Shown here: piece by piece, positions 21,216-30,973 of the stretch | Layout of the letters: every line of letters begins with the position of its first letter | How positions within the stretch are numbered: position 1 is the stretch's first letter | Origin: Candidatus Micrarchaeota archaeon | Lineage (GTDB): Archaea; Micrarchaeota; Micrarchaeia; Norongarragalinales; SBBD01 | Length of the DNA: 64,000 bases | Assembly (NCBI GenBank): GCA_018819225.1 | Contig: JAHJQN010000001.1 | Coordinates: 1 to 64,000, forward strand | Direction: 5' to 3' | Made by a program: the position numbers and the translations under genes | The notes under the pieces: generated by a model | Told to the model about the DNA's origin: nothing | Databases searched by the model: none | Seen by the model: only the letters and a program-made list of their open reading frames with translations

Positions 21216-21283
21216 TCCGCGCCATCCAAGGGAAAAAACCAAAGGCTTTAAAGAGTGGACCATCTCTTCGAATGGGTTGAACG

Positions 21284-22177
21284 ATGCCGAAACGATTTGC
21301 GTATCCGCATACCAAGGTTCCGTACCGGTTTGCCGGAATAGCCGAACAAGACTACGAGAAGGCACGCGTCGTCTACTTGCCGGTTCCGTACGATGGCACG
21401 ACGTCATACCGCACGGGGGCACGGGAAGGCCCGCACGCGATGATTACCGCATCGCGCAACATGGAAACGTATGATGAGGAACTTAAAAGCGATTTCACGC
21501 AGCTCGGCTTGTACACGACGGATGAACTTGAATCGGATCTGCGCGGGCCCGAGCACACCATCAAAAGAGTCCGTGAAGCCGTGCAACAAATATTGGAGGA
21601 CCGGAAATTTCCGTTCATGCTCGGAGGCGAACATTCGTTGACCGCGGGCGCCTTGGAGGCGTTCCGGGAAAAAAAACGGAAACTAACGGTGCTTCAATTC
21701 GACGCGCATCCGGACATGCGGGATGCGTACGAGAATACGAAGGATAATCACGCGTGCGTCATGCGCCGGGCACTCGACCTTGGATTCTCCGTCGTGCAAG
21801 TGGGCATTCGATCCGTATCCGAAGAAGATGTCGAGACATGGAAGCAGTACGGAAAGCAAGTGAAAACGTTCAGGGCCTCCGAAAAAGAATCGTGGAAAGT
21901 GGAGGAGATCGTCCGGGCGTGCGGGGAAAACGTGTACGTGACGTTCGATGTGGATGCGTTGGATTCCGGCGTGATGCCCTCAACGGGAACACCGGAACCC
22001 GGGGGACTGAACTGGTATGAAACGCTGCGCATCCTTCGATCGGTCGCGGAAAAAAAGGAGTGGATGGGGGCGGATGTCATGGAACTATCGCCCATCCCCG
22101 GATTGGTGGCTCCGGACTTTTTGGCCGCTAGACTGGCGTACAAAATGACGGGATACGCCTTTTTACGAGGGAAATAA
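21284..22177 (+). CDS. speB: Agmatinase
   Basis: GGEHS, DAHPD and DVDALD...STGTPEPGG motifs. Confidence 0.93.
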   Translation: MPKRFAYPHTKVPYRFAGIAEQDYEKARVVYLPVPYDGTTSYRTGAREGPHAMITASRNMETYDEELKSDFTQLGLYTTDELESDLRGPEHTIKRVREAVQQILEDRKFPFMLGGEHSLTAGALEAFREKKRKLTVLQFDAHPDMRDAYENTKDNHACVMRRALDLGFSVVQVGIRSVSEEDVETWKQYGKQVKTFRASEKESWKVEEIVRACGENVYVTFDVDALDSGVMPSTGTPEPGGLNWYETLRILRSVAEKKEWMGADVMELSPIPGLVAPDFLAARLAYKMTGYAFLRGK

Positions 22178-22337
22178 CGACGATTCCTACGCGGAATTAA
22201 TTTTTTTCCGGAAAATATTTTTGAAAATATTTTTTCCCAAAAAACGAAACGTTTATATTTGCTCATCAAATACTTTTTTCGGAAATATCTTTTTCCTTGA
22301 TCATAAAAAAAATTGAAACGGGGTGTTTCGGAGAACG

Positions 22338-22754
22338 ATGCACGGTCCGCACTTGATGCTGGATTGTCATGGATGCGATAAACAAAAAATTCGCGACATG
22401 AATCTGGTGTTTGACTTCCTGGATAAACTGCCGGCTCAAATCGGCATGACGAAGATGACGTTGCCGTACACGGTTTGGTGGCCGGGCGGAACCCCTAACG
22501 ACGATGGAGGAATTAGCGGGTTTGTTCTGATTGCGGAAAGTCATATCAGCATCCACACGTTCCCGGAACTCGGATATTTCACGTTTGACTTGTACTCGTG
22601 CAAAGCCTTTGACCGCAAGAAAGTGATCGAGATCATCAAGCAATACTTTGGTCCCACGCGCGTCATGGAGGAATTCGTGCATCGAGGCAAACTATTTGTG
22701 GAAAGCAAGGCGACCGCGGTTCCCAGACCCCGGCGAGCCATGGCTCGTGCGTAA
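22338..22754 (+). CDS. speD: S-adenosylmethionine decarboxylase proenzyme
   Basis: IAE|SHISIHTFPE and DLYSC motifs. Confidence 0.88.
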   Translation: MHGPHLMLDCHGCDKQKIRDMNLVFDFLDKLPAQIGMTKMTLPYTVWWPGGTPNDDGGISGFVLIAESHISIHTFPELGYFTFDLYSCKAFDRKKVIEIIKQYFGPTRVMEEFVHRGKLFVESKATAVPRPRRAMARA

Positions 22755-22790
22755 CCTTTGCACGGAATCGTGCTCGAAGAAGGAGTAGAC

Positions 22791-23387
22791 ATGAACCACG
22801 TTCCGAACAAGATGTTTTTTACCTCAGGAGTTGGGAAACACCGCGAAAAACTTCAATCCTTTGAGCTGGCGCTCCGAGACGCCGGCATCGAGAAATACAA
22901 TTTAGTGCACGTGTCCAGCATTTACCCGCCGGGATGCAAAATCGTTCCCATGAATGTCGGCATCGAGCTCTTGATGCCGGGTGAGATCACGTACGTGGTC
23001 ATGGCTCGAAACGACAGCAACGAACCCAACCGTCTCGTAGCGGCTTCGGTTGGCGTGGCGATTCCCGCGGACGAAAAACAGTACGGGTACTTGAGCGAGC
23101 ACCACTCGTACGGGGAAACGGAGCAAAAAGCAGGGGATTACGCGGAAGAACTCGCGGGGTCCATGCTGGCTTCCACGCTCGGCATCGAGTTCGAGGCCGG
23201 CCAAACATGGGATGAAAAAGAACGCATATTTAAAATTTCCGGGCAAATCGTGAGGACGTCGAACGTGACGAAGTCCGCGGTCTGCGACAAGAACGGGTTA
23301 TGGACGTCCGTCGTTGCAGCAGCCGTTCTGGTACTGGGAGATAACGATAAAAAGGACGTTAACGAAAAGACTGGGAACGAGAAATGA
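22791..23387 (+). CDS. pdaD: Pyruvoyl-dependent arginine decarboxylase
   Basis: [20 protein letters not shown]|SI and GYLSEHH motifs. Confidence 0.9.
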   Translation: MNHVPNKMFFTSGVGKHREKLQSFELALRDAGIEKYNLVHVSSIYPPGCKIVPMNVGIELLMPGEITYVVMARNDSNEPNRLVAASVGVAIPADEKQYGYLSEHHSYGETEQKAGDYAEELAGSMLASTLGIEFEAGQTWDEKERIFKISGQIVRTSNVTKSAVCDKNGLWTSVVAAAVLVLGDNDKKDVNEKTGNEK

Positions 23388-23752
23388 AGAAACGAACACT
23401 AAAGAGAAAGGCGCACGCGAAGAAACGCTTGCGTTTCCAAGTGGAGCTTCCGCAAACCCGTAAGAAAATGCACCCGTTTTCCGCGGTGCGGCCGTTTTTG
23501 ATCTACCTCGTTCTGTTAATTGCCGTGCTCTTCGGGCTCAACTTCTTCTTCAACATCGCCATTTCCCCGCTGGCGTTCATCTTATTGATCGCGTTCGTGT
23601 CATTGGTTGCGGCTGCCATCATTTACGCGTACGAATTGCACGCACGGGAAGCGGAGGATGAGGACATTGAGCGGCTCATGAGGCAAGATCTTCGTCGCAC
23701 CAAAGAGCTCATGGCCGAATCGAACAGTGCCGTCTTCCAGTACTTGAAATAA
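23384..23752 (+). CDS. Hypothetical membrane protein (2 TM)
   Basis: ATGA overlap with pdaD; two hydrophobic helices. Confidence 0.6.
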   Translation: MKKRTLKRKAHAKKRLRFQVELPQTRKKMHPFSAVRPFLIYLVLLIAVLFGLNFFFNIAISPLAFILLIAFVSLVAAAIIYAYELHAREAEDEDIERLMRQDLRRTKELMAESNSAVFQYLK

Positions 23753-23771
23753 ACGGGTTAAGCGAACCGTA

Positions 23772-24452
23772 TTACGGGCGGTTCAGTTTTAGGAAGTGAC
23801 CGAACTTCTTCTTTTTTACTTTCAAGTAGTTTTCGTTCAAGGGATTCGCGGGAAGTTCAAGGGGCATGCGCTTCACGATCGTGATGCCGCGCGACTTCAA
23901 ATCCTGCACCTTATGGGGATTGTTCGTGAGCAGAATAATGGATTGAATGCCCAAATGCTTCAGCATCTCAGCTGCGAACTCGTAATCCCTCGCGTCATCC
24001 GGCAAGCCCAACGCCTGATTCGCCTCCACGGTATCCATGCCCAAATCTTGTAGATGGTAGGCCTTGATTTTGTTCACGAGACCGATGTTGCGGCCTTCCT
24101 GGCGCAAGTACAGCAGGACGCCGAACGGCTGCTGCGCTATATACTCCATGCTGTGATGCAGTTGAGGCCCGCAATCGCATTTGAGGGAACCCAAGACGTC
24201 GCCGGTCGCGCATTCGGAATGCAGGCGAACCGGCACGCTATTCCTGCCTTTAACGACTCCTTTGACGATGGCGAAATGCTCTTTCTTGTCGGGGTCACAA
24301 AACGCAACGATCGTGAACTCGCCGTAGCGCGTGGGAAGTTTAGCAGTGGTCATGAATTCCAGGCAGGTGAGGGCGCCGTGCTTCACGTGATGCGTTTTCT
24401 TTTTGGAGGAATGGAATCGGGGCATACGAACGCCTCTCAACGACCTACCCAA
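23772..24452 (-). CDS. ribA: GTP cyclohydrolase II
   Basis: VRLHSECATGD, CDCGPQL, RQEGR and LLTNNP motifs; start may be further downstream. Confidence 0.93.
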   Translation of the reverse strand: MGRSLRGVRMPRFHSSKKKTHHVKHGALTCLEFMTTAKLPTRYGEFTIVAFCDPDKKEHFAIVKGVVKGRNSVPVRLHSECATGDVLGSLKCDCGPQLHHSMEYIAQQPFGVLLYLRQEGRNIGLVNKIKAYHLQDLGMDTVEANQALGLPDDARDYEFAAEMLKHLGIQSIILLTNNPHKVQDLKSRGITIVKRMPLELPANPLNENYLKVKKKKFGHFLKLNRP

Positions 24453-24504
24453 CTCTAGGTAAAGAGAGATTTTAACATATCGTTTAACCCGTTCGCACTA
24501 AAAG

Positions 24505-24550
24505 AAGTGAAAAACAAAAGAAAAAAGAAAATAAAAAAAAAGAAAAAATG
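24505..24550 (-). terminator. Oligo-T terminator tract after pilin gene
   Basis: Long A runs on + (T runs on -) immediately after the stop at 24554. Confidence 0.55.
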
Positions 24551-24553
24551 AGC

Positions 24554-24859
24554 CTATAATGGCAGGAAGTAGCAACCGGTGGCTGGCGGTGCGGTACAAC
24601 AGTATCCTCCGGATCCGTTTGACCACAATTGTTCGTTCGATGCGCAAGCTGCGGTATTGTTTTTCCAGGTCTCGACACCCGTCGTAATCTGGTTGTTGGC
24701 CGATCCGAGCACGCTGCCTCGCAGAATGATAATGGCGAGTACGACAATTAACAGAACTCCGGCTAGCAACAGGATGTACTCGAACGCTCCCTGCGCTTTG
24801 CGGTCTCGCATAAATTTCATTTTTTCCATCGACCTCGTGGGATTGAACAACAGACTCAA
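24554..24859 (-). CDS. Pilin (class III signal peptide) with Cys-rich C-terminus
   Basis: KA|QGAFEYILLLAG; true start probably downstream of 24859. Confidence 0.82.
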   Translation of the reverse strand: MSLLFNPTRSMEKMKFMRDRKAQGAFEYILLLAGVLLIVVLAIIILRGSVLGSANNQITTGVETWKNNTAACASNEQLWSNGSGGYCCTAPPATGCYFLPL

Positions 24860-24911
24860 TGGAGTATTAAAGACTCCTTTAAAAACGTTTCTGTATTCCC
24901 CGAGGAAAAAA

Positions 24912-25109
24912 CTAGCAGCCCGCCAACGAACAATTCGAAGTATTCGAAATGTTGGCGAACGTGTTATAGTTTTGTTGAATCTGGTGATCGGCGGCCGAGA
25001 AGACGTTTCCGCGCAAGATGATGATCACTAAGACGACAATGAGCAGGACGCCTGCAAGCAACAGAATGTATTCCATGGAACCTTGCGATTTCTTGTCCAA
25101 ACGCAACAC
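24912..25109 (-). CDS. Pilin (class III signal peptide), paralog of the preceding gene
   Basis: KS|QGSMEYILLLAGVLLIVVL. Confidence 0.82.
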   Translation of the reverse strand: MLRLDKKSQGSMEYILLLAGVLLIVVLVIIILRGNVFSAADHQIQQNYNTFANISNTSNCSLAGC

Positions 25110-25199
25110 CTGAAAAGCGTGACGGATGCCAGCTATAAAAACGTTCGTCTTGACGCCAGCGGGAAAAGCGTTTTATACCGCGGCCGCGTCTTCAAGCTC

Positions 25200-25757
25200 A
25201 TGAAGAAAGCCGTGACATCCGTTGAATTCATTCTGCTCATCGGCATCTCCGTATTCATTGTCGTGCTCGTCGTCAACTTCTCCATCTACAATATTTTCAA
25301 CCCGGCGCTCAATCAAAGCAATTCCACGTCCGGAATACTGGAAGAACGGACGGCGTGCTTCGATGTGGACTGCGGGGATACCTGCGAAGGAAATTTGCGC
25401 AAACATTCCGCGGTATGCGAGGACGGAACCTGTATTTACCGGGCCAGCGAAACGTGCACGTACGGTTGTTCTAACGGCGTATGCCTTCCCGTGGATCCGG
25501 AGGTCACGTTCGATACCGCGATGCCCGCCGCACCAAGAGTCGACTTCTATGCATTCGTGAACGATTCAACGGGTGCCGATTACCGCGGGAACGTATCTAA
25601 ATACTACTGGGATTTTGGAGACCATAATATTACGGTAACGGACGTCTATTATATGGAGCACACGTATGGTGGTCCTGGCGAGTTCAACGTAACGCTCTCC
25701 ATCATCGATCATTTCGGGAATCAAGCGGCTACCATCGGCCCCGTCGTGGTTACTTAG
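25200..25757 (+). CDS. Pilin-like protein with Cys-rich and PKD domains
   Basis: MKKA|VTSVEF; 8-Cys module; YYWDFGD...HTY..PGEF PKD motif. Confidence 0.75.
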   Translation: MKKAVTSVEFILLIGISVFIVVLVVNFSIYNIFNPALNQSNSTSGILEERTACFDVDCGDTCEGNLRKHSAVCEDGTCIYRASETCTYGCSNGVCLPVDPEVTFDTAMPAAPRVDFYAFVNDSTGADYRGNVSKYYWDFGDHNITVTDVYYMEHTYGGPGEFNVTLSIIDHFGNQAATIGPVVVT

Positions 25758-26799
25758 AATGAAAGCCGATTCCGCGAACGCGCACTTCCTTACGGGATTC
25801 GTCCAGCTCGACTTCCAGTTTTGGAAGGAACCTCTGAAGAACGTACACGTTGGTTCGCAAGTGGTTGCTGAACGCTTCGCACGAAAAACGGCTTCCCCCT
25901 TCGGCGAGGGCAGCGTAAAGAAGCAGTTGATCCGCTAAATGGATATCGAGTGCGTTGTTGGATGCGTGGTATTTCATTAACGCGTCAGCGGCTTCCGATC
26001 CCACTCGTTCAGCGGTCTTCCCGCGGCCCCCCAGCGAGCCAAAGCCTTCCTTGGTATGCGCGTAATGCGCATTAAGAAACAGAAAGGACCCTTTTCCTCT
26101 CGATGGAACCGTGTTCTGGGACACGCGTTTATCCGCGGAGAGATGCACGAGTTTATTTAAAGCGGCGCTTTTTTGGCGGGTGGCAATGTCTTCAGTTAAA
26201 TGGCCCACGCCGGAAACGCCGGTGATGGATTGAAGGGGACCGCGATCCAGGAGAGAAAAAGACTGTAGAGAACTCACCGGGGTAATGGACGCGTGCATTT
26301 CGCCTCCTCCTTCCGGATAGAAACCGCATTTTTTAATGGATAGATGGCATTCCAAACCGAATTTTTTTAAGGCGGGAAGGAAAACCGATTGTAAATACTC
26401 GTAGGAGGGGCTCCATGACACGTGCGTTCCGCCTCTTAAAATGAGCGCGGACGGTTGGGGAGCGAAAGCGAGCGCGGGAAGCAAGGCTTGAAAGAGCAGC
26501 GTCACACTCCCTGCAGAAGGCGTTTCGGACGCGACATCGAAAATAAATTTTCCGGGATTTAATTCGCGGGGTTCGAAGCGTAAGGAAGAGGAGTGTTGAT
26601 ACGCATCCGTAATGCGTGCGTTCGCGATCTGCTGAAGCGCTCGGACCGCGGCCAGATGTTGGGGTCGCATGCCCGGATTCGGACGGTTCGCGCGAATGTT
26701 TTTGATCTCGAACGGTTGTCGGAGGAGCACGGAAAGCGAGAGGCTGGTGCGCAAGATTTGGCCTCCACCCTCCAAATGGGAGCCGTCAACGAAAAGCAT
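25750..26799 (-). CDS. rtcA: RNA 3'-terminal phosphate cyclase
   Basis: EGGGQILR, GFYPEGGG, HLADQL and HLRTN motifs. Confidence 0.95.
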   Translation of the reverse strand: MLFVDGSHLEGGGQILRTSLSLSVLLRQPFEIKNIRANRPNPGMRPQHLAAVRALQQIANARITDAYQHSSSLRFEPRELNPGKFIFDVASETPSAGSVTLLFQALLPALAFAPQPSALILRGGTHVSWSPSYEYLQSVFLPALKKFGLECHLSIKKCGFYPEGGGEMHASITPVSSLQSFSLLDRGPLQSITGVSGVGHLTEDIATRQKSAALNKLVHLSADKRVSQNTVPSRGKGSFLFLNAHYAHTKEGFGSLGGRGKTAERVGSEAADALMKYHASNNALDIHLADQLLLYAALAEGGSRFSCEAFSNHLRTNVYVLQRFLPKLEVELDESRKEVRVRGIGFHSK

Positions 26800-26803
26800 G
26801 CGT

Positions 26804-27157
26804 TCACTCCTTCTTGGCTTTGAGAATCGCGGCCGCGATGTCTCCGTCCGCTTCCTTCAAGAGCTGTTCCGCTTCTTCTTTCGAGACGTGGGCTTGCTCC
26901 ATGATCAGGGTCACGTCGTTATCTTCCGTGCTTTCCTCGGTTTCGCTTGGTTCGGAAGCGCCTTCCACCAAGGTGCCGGAGATCTGGAAGGATTTCTGAC
27001 CTTGCATGTCGAGCGCGACGACTTGCGGTTCCCGTATCTCGATCGTGGATCCATCCGTTTTGTGGATGATGACCTTGTCTGCGGGAATTTCTTGCGATTT
27101 GATTCCGAACTGGCGCATCATTTGCGCCATTTGCTTGGGATTCATGTTGGGAAGCAT
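26804..27157 (-). CDS. nac: Nascent polypeptide-associated complex protein
   Basis: NPKQMAQMMRQFGI; C-terminal UBA GDIAAAI. Confidence 0.93.
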   Translation of the reverse strand: MLPNMNPKQMAQMMRQFGIKSQEIPADKVIIHKTDGSTIEIREPQVVALDMQGQKSFQISGTLVEGASEPSETEESTEDNDVTLIMEQAHVSKEEAEQLLKEADGDIAAAILKAKKE

Positions 27158-27241
27158 TCGAGTCCACCTCTCTTTTAAGATTGAAAGCAAGCGTTTTTAA
27201 GCGGCGTGACATTAAAATGGTTTCGTCGAGGAGAATAAATA

Positions 27242-27598
27242 ATGGCTGTGAAAACCGCTCGGGATGTCGAGTCGTTGAAGGCGGATGTGCGTACGCTGGA
27301 CTCTAAAATCAGCTTAATCGCCCAGAAAATGAATACGATTGAAAAGAACGAGGAAGTGATCGGCCGAACGATCGTGGCGCACAACCAGCGCATCAAGGAA
27401 TTGGAGGAGCAGAAGGGTAGCGGGCCCTCGGAATCGAGCAGTTCTTCCGCGAATACGGCGGACTTGAATGGCTTGCGCGAGGAATTGAAGGAATTGAAGA
27501 AGGACGTGCAGGAAATGCGCTACATATTGAACAGCATCAACCCCTTGGAATTCGTGACCATGGACCAAATCAAGGAGCTAATGAAGGAACGGAAATGA
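27242..27598 (+). CDS. Hypothetical coiled-coil protein
   Basis: Heptad-rich ORF with GAGGAG SD; INPLEF near C-terminus. Confidence 0.7.
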   Translation: MAVKTARDVESLKADVRTLDSKISLIAQKMNTIEKNEEVIGRTIVAHNQRIKELEEQKGSGPSESSSSSANTADLNGLREELKELKKDVQEMRYILNSINPLEFVTMDQIKELMKERK

Positions 27599-27601
27599 GA
27601 A

Positions 27602-27927
27602 ATGAACTTCATAAAAGAAGGAAGTGGTTTCATTCTGGGAATCGTTTCTTTTTGGGTTCTTGAAGTCATCGTCCTCGGGGTAACTGCAGTAGTAATATTC
27701 AATTTGAGTATAGGCTTGCTTCCAGGATGGGTTTCAGTTATCTACGCGCTGCTTATGATAACCGCGCCATTCTGGTTGGCTTGGATCTCGTTCCAAAAGT
27801 GGAAGCACCCAATCTCTCACAAAGCGTTTTTTTAGGAATGGTGGCAGCGCTGCTGTTTGCGGGATATTATATTAGCTGTATTCAGCCGATCATGAAAATG
27901 GGCGAATTACCTGCGTTTTGCCTTTGA
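27602..27927 (+). pseudogene. Small membrane protein gene, frameshifted at a T7 tract
   Basis: Adding one T at 27827-27833 joins ...KAFF to LGMVAALLFAGYY (a third TM). Confidence 0.5.
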
Positions 27928-28037
27928 AGAGGAAATAGCATGAGGCCAAGAGACAGGTATTTAAAGCTTGGGATATATGGTAATTTCCTCGTTTGCTGAT
28001 TGTGTCTTACAATCAATGAATTAGGTGAGATTGTAAT

Positions 28038-28604
28038 ATGGCGAAACCATCCTACGTAAAATATGAGACTCCGGTCGATATCCAGAAGAAAGCACTCGCT
28101 ATCGTGGAAGCGGCTCGTGCGGGCGGAAACATCCGGAAAGGCACCAACGAGTGCACGAAAGCGATCGAGCGCGGTGAAGCCAAGCTCGTCGTCATCGCCG
28201 AAGACGTGGATCCTCCGGAAATCGTGATGCATTTGCCCGAGTTGTGCGCCGAGAAGCGCATTCCCTTCATCTTCGTAAAGGAGAAGACGGAAGTCGGCAA
28301 GGCCGCCGGGTTGAACGTTCCATCCGCGGCGATCGCGGTGGCTAACGCAGGAGGCGCGGAAGCCGATGGAGCCATTAAAGATATTATTAACAAGATGGAA
28401 GGCAAGATGGGCTTCAAGGGCGACGAAAAGAAGGAAGAAAAGAAGAAGGACGTGAAGAAAAAGCCTGCGAAGAAAGAGGTTAAGAAGGCCGAAAAGAAAG
28501 AGGAAACGATGGACGAAAAGCCTAACGAAGAGGCTAAAGCGGAGCCCAAGACCATTGAACAACCTCCCGCTCCGGAAAAACCGGCTGAAGAAAAGAAAGC
28601 GTGA
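28038..28604 (+). CDS. rpl7ae: Ribosomal protein L7Ae with charged C-terminal tail
   Basis: [13 protein letters not shown] and [11 protein letters not shown] motifs. Confidence 0.96.
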   Translation: MAKPSYVKYETPVDIQKKALAIVEAARAGGNIRKGTNECTKAIERGEAKLVVIAEDVDPPEIVMHLPELCAEKRIPFIFVKEKTEVGKAAGLNVPSAAIAVANAGGAEADGAIKDIINKMEGKMGFKGDEKKEEKKKDVKKKPAKKEVKKAEKKEETMDEKPNEEAKAEPKTIEQPPAPEKPAEEKKA

Positions 28605-28612
28605 GACGAGTC

Positions 28613-28906
28613 ATGCGTGAATCGGATTCTGGTAAGAAAGAAAGCAAGCCGACGGAACGAAATACCGAGGGCCCGAGAACCGCGGAAGGCTTTCTAGCGG
28701 AAGTCGTGGAGCTCGTGGGTCGAAGCGGCGTGTTCGGAGAAATTACGCAAGTTTTATGCAAGGTCCTGGAAGGACGCGACAAAGGACGCGTCATCCGAAG
28801 AAACGTGAAGGGACCGATTCGAATTGGAGATTATCTGATGCTTCTGGAAACCGAGCGGGAAGCCAAGCCCCTCAAATCCAAGCGCGGAAAGAAACGACGT
28901 ATTTAG
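28613..28906 (+). CDS. rps28e: Ribosomal protein S28e
   Basis: [12 protein letters not shown]...LETEREA. Confidence 0.95.
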   Translation: MRESDSGKKESKPTERNTEGPRTAEGFLAEVVELVGRSGVFGEITQVLCKVLEGRDKGRVIRRNVKGPIRIGDYLMLLETEREAKPLKSKRGKKRRI

Positions 28907-28915
28907 TGAAACGAA

Positions 28916-29155
28916 ATGGCCACGTGCAGCTTCTGCGGAAACGAACTCAAGGAAGGACGAGGAACGCGATTGTTTCGAAGGGACGGCAGCATGCTTAACT
29001 TTTGCACGCGCAAGTGCGAAGTCAATTTACGGGTCTTAAAGCGCACGCCCACGGAATACAAGTGGACGAAGAAATACGCTTCGACGGCTAAAAAGAAGGG
29101 GAAAGGCGAATCCAAGGAAGCGAAGCATGTCGTGAAAGCGCCTGACAAAAAATAA
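28916..29155 (+). CDS. rpl24e: Ribosomal protein L24e
   Basis: CSFCG...G.G...DG...FC..KC...KWT. Confidence 0.95.
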   Translation: MATCSFCGNELKEGRGTRLFRRDGSMLNFCTRKCEVNLRVLKRTPTEYKWTKKYASTAKKKGKGESKEAKHVVKAPDKK

Positions 29156-29235
29156 TATTTTTTATATGTATCGAAAGGCAGCGTACGTGCGATCCAATGA
29201 ACGCATTGTGAAGAGCGTCCGTTGCATATGAATAG

Positions 29236-29595
29236 GTGAAATGTATGTGGTTTAGACCTGAAGGAGACTTTGCCGGTGGCCGGAGAAACTTCCGTCCGTC
29301 GTTTGGAGGCGGTTTTCGCGAGCCTCCCGTAAAAGTAGGCGAAGAATATGACCTGGAAATCCAGGATACTGCGAAGAAAGGCGATGGCATCGGCCGCGTG
29401 GAAGGTTTCATTGTCTTCGTGGCGGGAGCGAAGAAGGGCGAAAAAGTGCGCGTCCGAATCGCGGAAGTTAAAAACCGCTTTGCAGTCGGCGAGGTCTTGG
29501 GAGAAGGCCAGCCGCAATCCGACGCTCCGGAAGAGAAATCGGAAGAGGCCCCTGAAGACGAGCCCGCCGAAGAATCCGAAGAATCGAAGGAGTAA
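29236..29595 (+). CDS. Single TRAM-domain RNA chaperone
   Basis: PVKVGEEY...KGDGIGRVEGFIVFV...FAVGEV; start may be 29245. Confidence 0.9.
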   Translation: MKCMWFRPEGDFAGGRRNFRPSFGGGFREPPVKVGEEYDLEIQDTAKKGDGIGRVEGFIVFVAGAKKGEKVRVRIAEVKNRFAVGEVLGEGQPQSDAPEEKSEEAPEDEPAEESEESKE

Positions 29596-29607
29596 TTTCT
29601 TAACCTG

Positions 29608-29640
29608 GCTTTTTTTCTTTTTTTTTATTTTCTTTTTCTT
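29608..29640 (+). terminator. Oligo-T terminator
   Basis: Multiple T runs after the TRAM stop codon. Confidence 0.6.
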
Positions 29641-29711
29641 GAAGCGCATTCAGGCGACTCAAGCGTTTTAAGGCTTTGTCATCTTACTAGCTTCAGCTGG
29701 GTAGCGGGGGG

Positions 29712-30947
29712 ATGGCATTGATTCGGATCACGAACCGGGCACAAAAAGCGAGTTATCCCATTCGGGACGTGGAAATCGGGGCGCGAGTGGCCGCACTCAA
29801 GAAGAAAGGAGTGAAAACGTACGAGTTGAACATCGGGGACCCGGGCGCGTACGACGGATTGTACGGATTCGCGATGTTCAAGGGCATCAAGGACGCGCTC
29901 GTACATAACATTCAAACAAACGGCCGGTTCGATGGATACGCAACGGAGCAAGGCGAGCGCGTTTTGCTGGAAGCCGTGGCAGCGGACGCGAAAAAAAGAG
30001 GCATCCATGACGCGAAACCCGATAACGTCGTCGCAGGAAACGGGTTAAGCGAAATCGTGGATTACTTGATCGGGGTCTCCGTTGAAAAAGGCACGAACAT
30101 GGTGCTGCCTCGCCCGGATTATCCGCTATACACGGCGCGGGTGAACTGGTACGAAGGCACGCCGCGGTATTACGATTTGGATCCCGAGAACGCGTTGCAG
30201 CCGAAAGTGGAACAAATTGAAGCCGCCATTGACGGGAACACGTTTGCGGTCGTCAATATTAATCCCAGCAATCCCACGGGCGCGGTTTGCACGGAAGAAA
30301 AAATGAAGGCCATCATCGATGTCGTGAAGGACAAGGGGAAAGGCAACGTCGCGATCCTCTCGGACGAAATCTACCGGTTGTTGCGTTTCGAAGGAAAACA
30401 CGTTTCAATGGCCTCGTTGACGAAAGACGTTCCCGTCATTACGCTCGACGGGCTTTCGAAAGGGTATTACGCACCCGGGTGGCGTACGGGTCATGCGCTA
30501 TTCAGCAACTTCCCGGACGATAAACTCAAGAACGCTCTCGTGAAAGTGTGCGGGTTTAGGCTCTCGGCCAACAAGGCAGTTCAACACGCGTACGCGCACG
30601 GAATCCGGCATTTTTCCGAGGACGATGCGGAAGCGCGAAAGTATTTGGCGATGCTGAAGGAACGGGCGAATTATACGAGCCAGCGATTGAACGCGATTCC
30701 CGGCATTCGTTGCGTGCCCCCGAAAGGCGCGTTTTACGCGTTCCCTCAACTCTTGAAAGGGCCGTGGAAAACCGATAAGGAATTCGTGATCCAGTTGTTG
30801 GAGGAAGAAGGCGTGCGCGTCGTGCACGGCAGCGGTTTTGCGATGAAGCCCGAGGACCGGTTCTTCCGAGTCGTGACACTACCCGATTTGAAAACTCAAA
30901 AGGAAGCGTACGATCGCATCGAACGCTTCGTGAAAAAATATGGTTAA
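29712..30947 (+). CDS. PLP-dependent aminotransferase class I/II (AlaA-like)
   Basis: LNIGDP, INPSNPTG, DEIY and GLSKGY..PGWR motifs. Confidence 0.92.
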   Translation: MALIRITNRAQKASYPIRDVEIGARVAALKKKGVKTYELNIGDPGAYDGLYGFAMFKGIKDALVHNIQTNGRFDGYATEQGERVLLEAVAADAKKRGIHDAKPDNVVAGNGLSEIVDYLIGVSVEKGTNMVLPRPDYPLYTARVNWYEGTPRYYDLDPENALQPKVEQIEAAIDGNTFAVVNINPSNPTGAVCTEEKMKAIIDVVKDKGKGNVAILSDEIYRLLRFEGKHVSMASLTKDVPVITLDGLSKGYYAPGWRTGHALFSNFPDDKLKNALVKVCGFRLSANKAVQHAYAHGIRHFSEDDAEARKYLAMLKERANYTSQRLNAIPGIRCVPPKGAFYAFPQLLKGPWKTDKEFVIQLLEEEGVRVVHGSGFAMKPEDRFFRVVTLPDLKTQKEAYDRIERFVKKYG

Positions 30948-30973
30948 GGGAAAAAGGAACGCAGCCATCCTCT

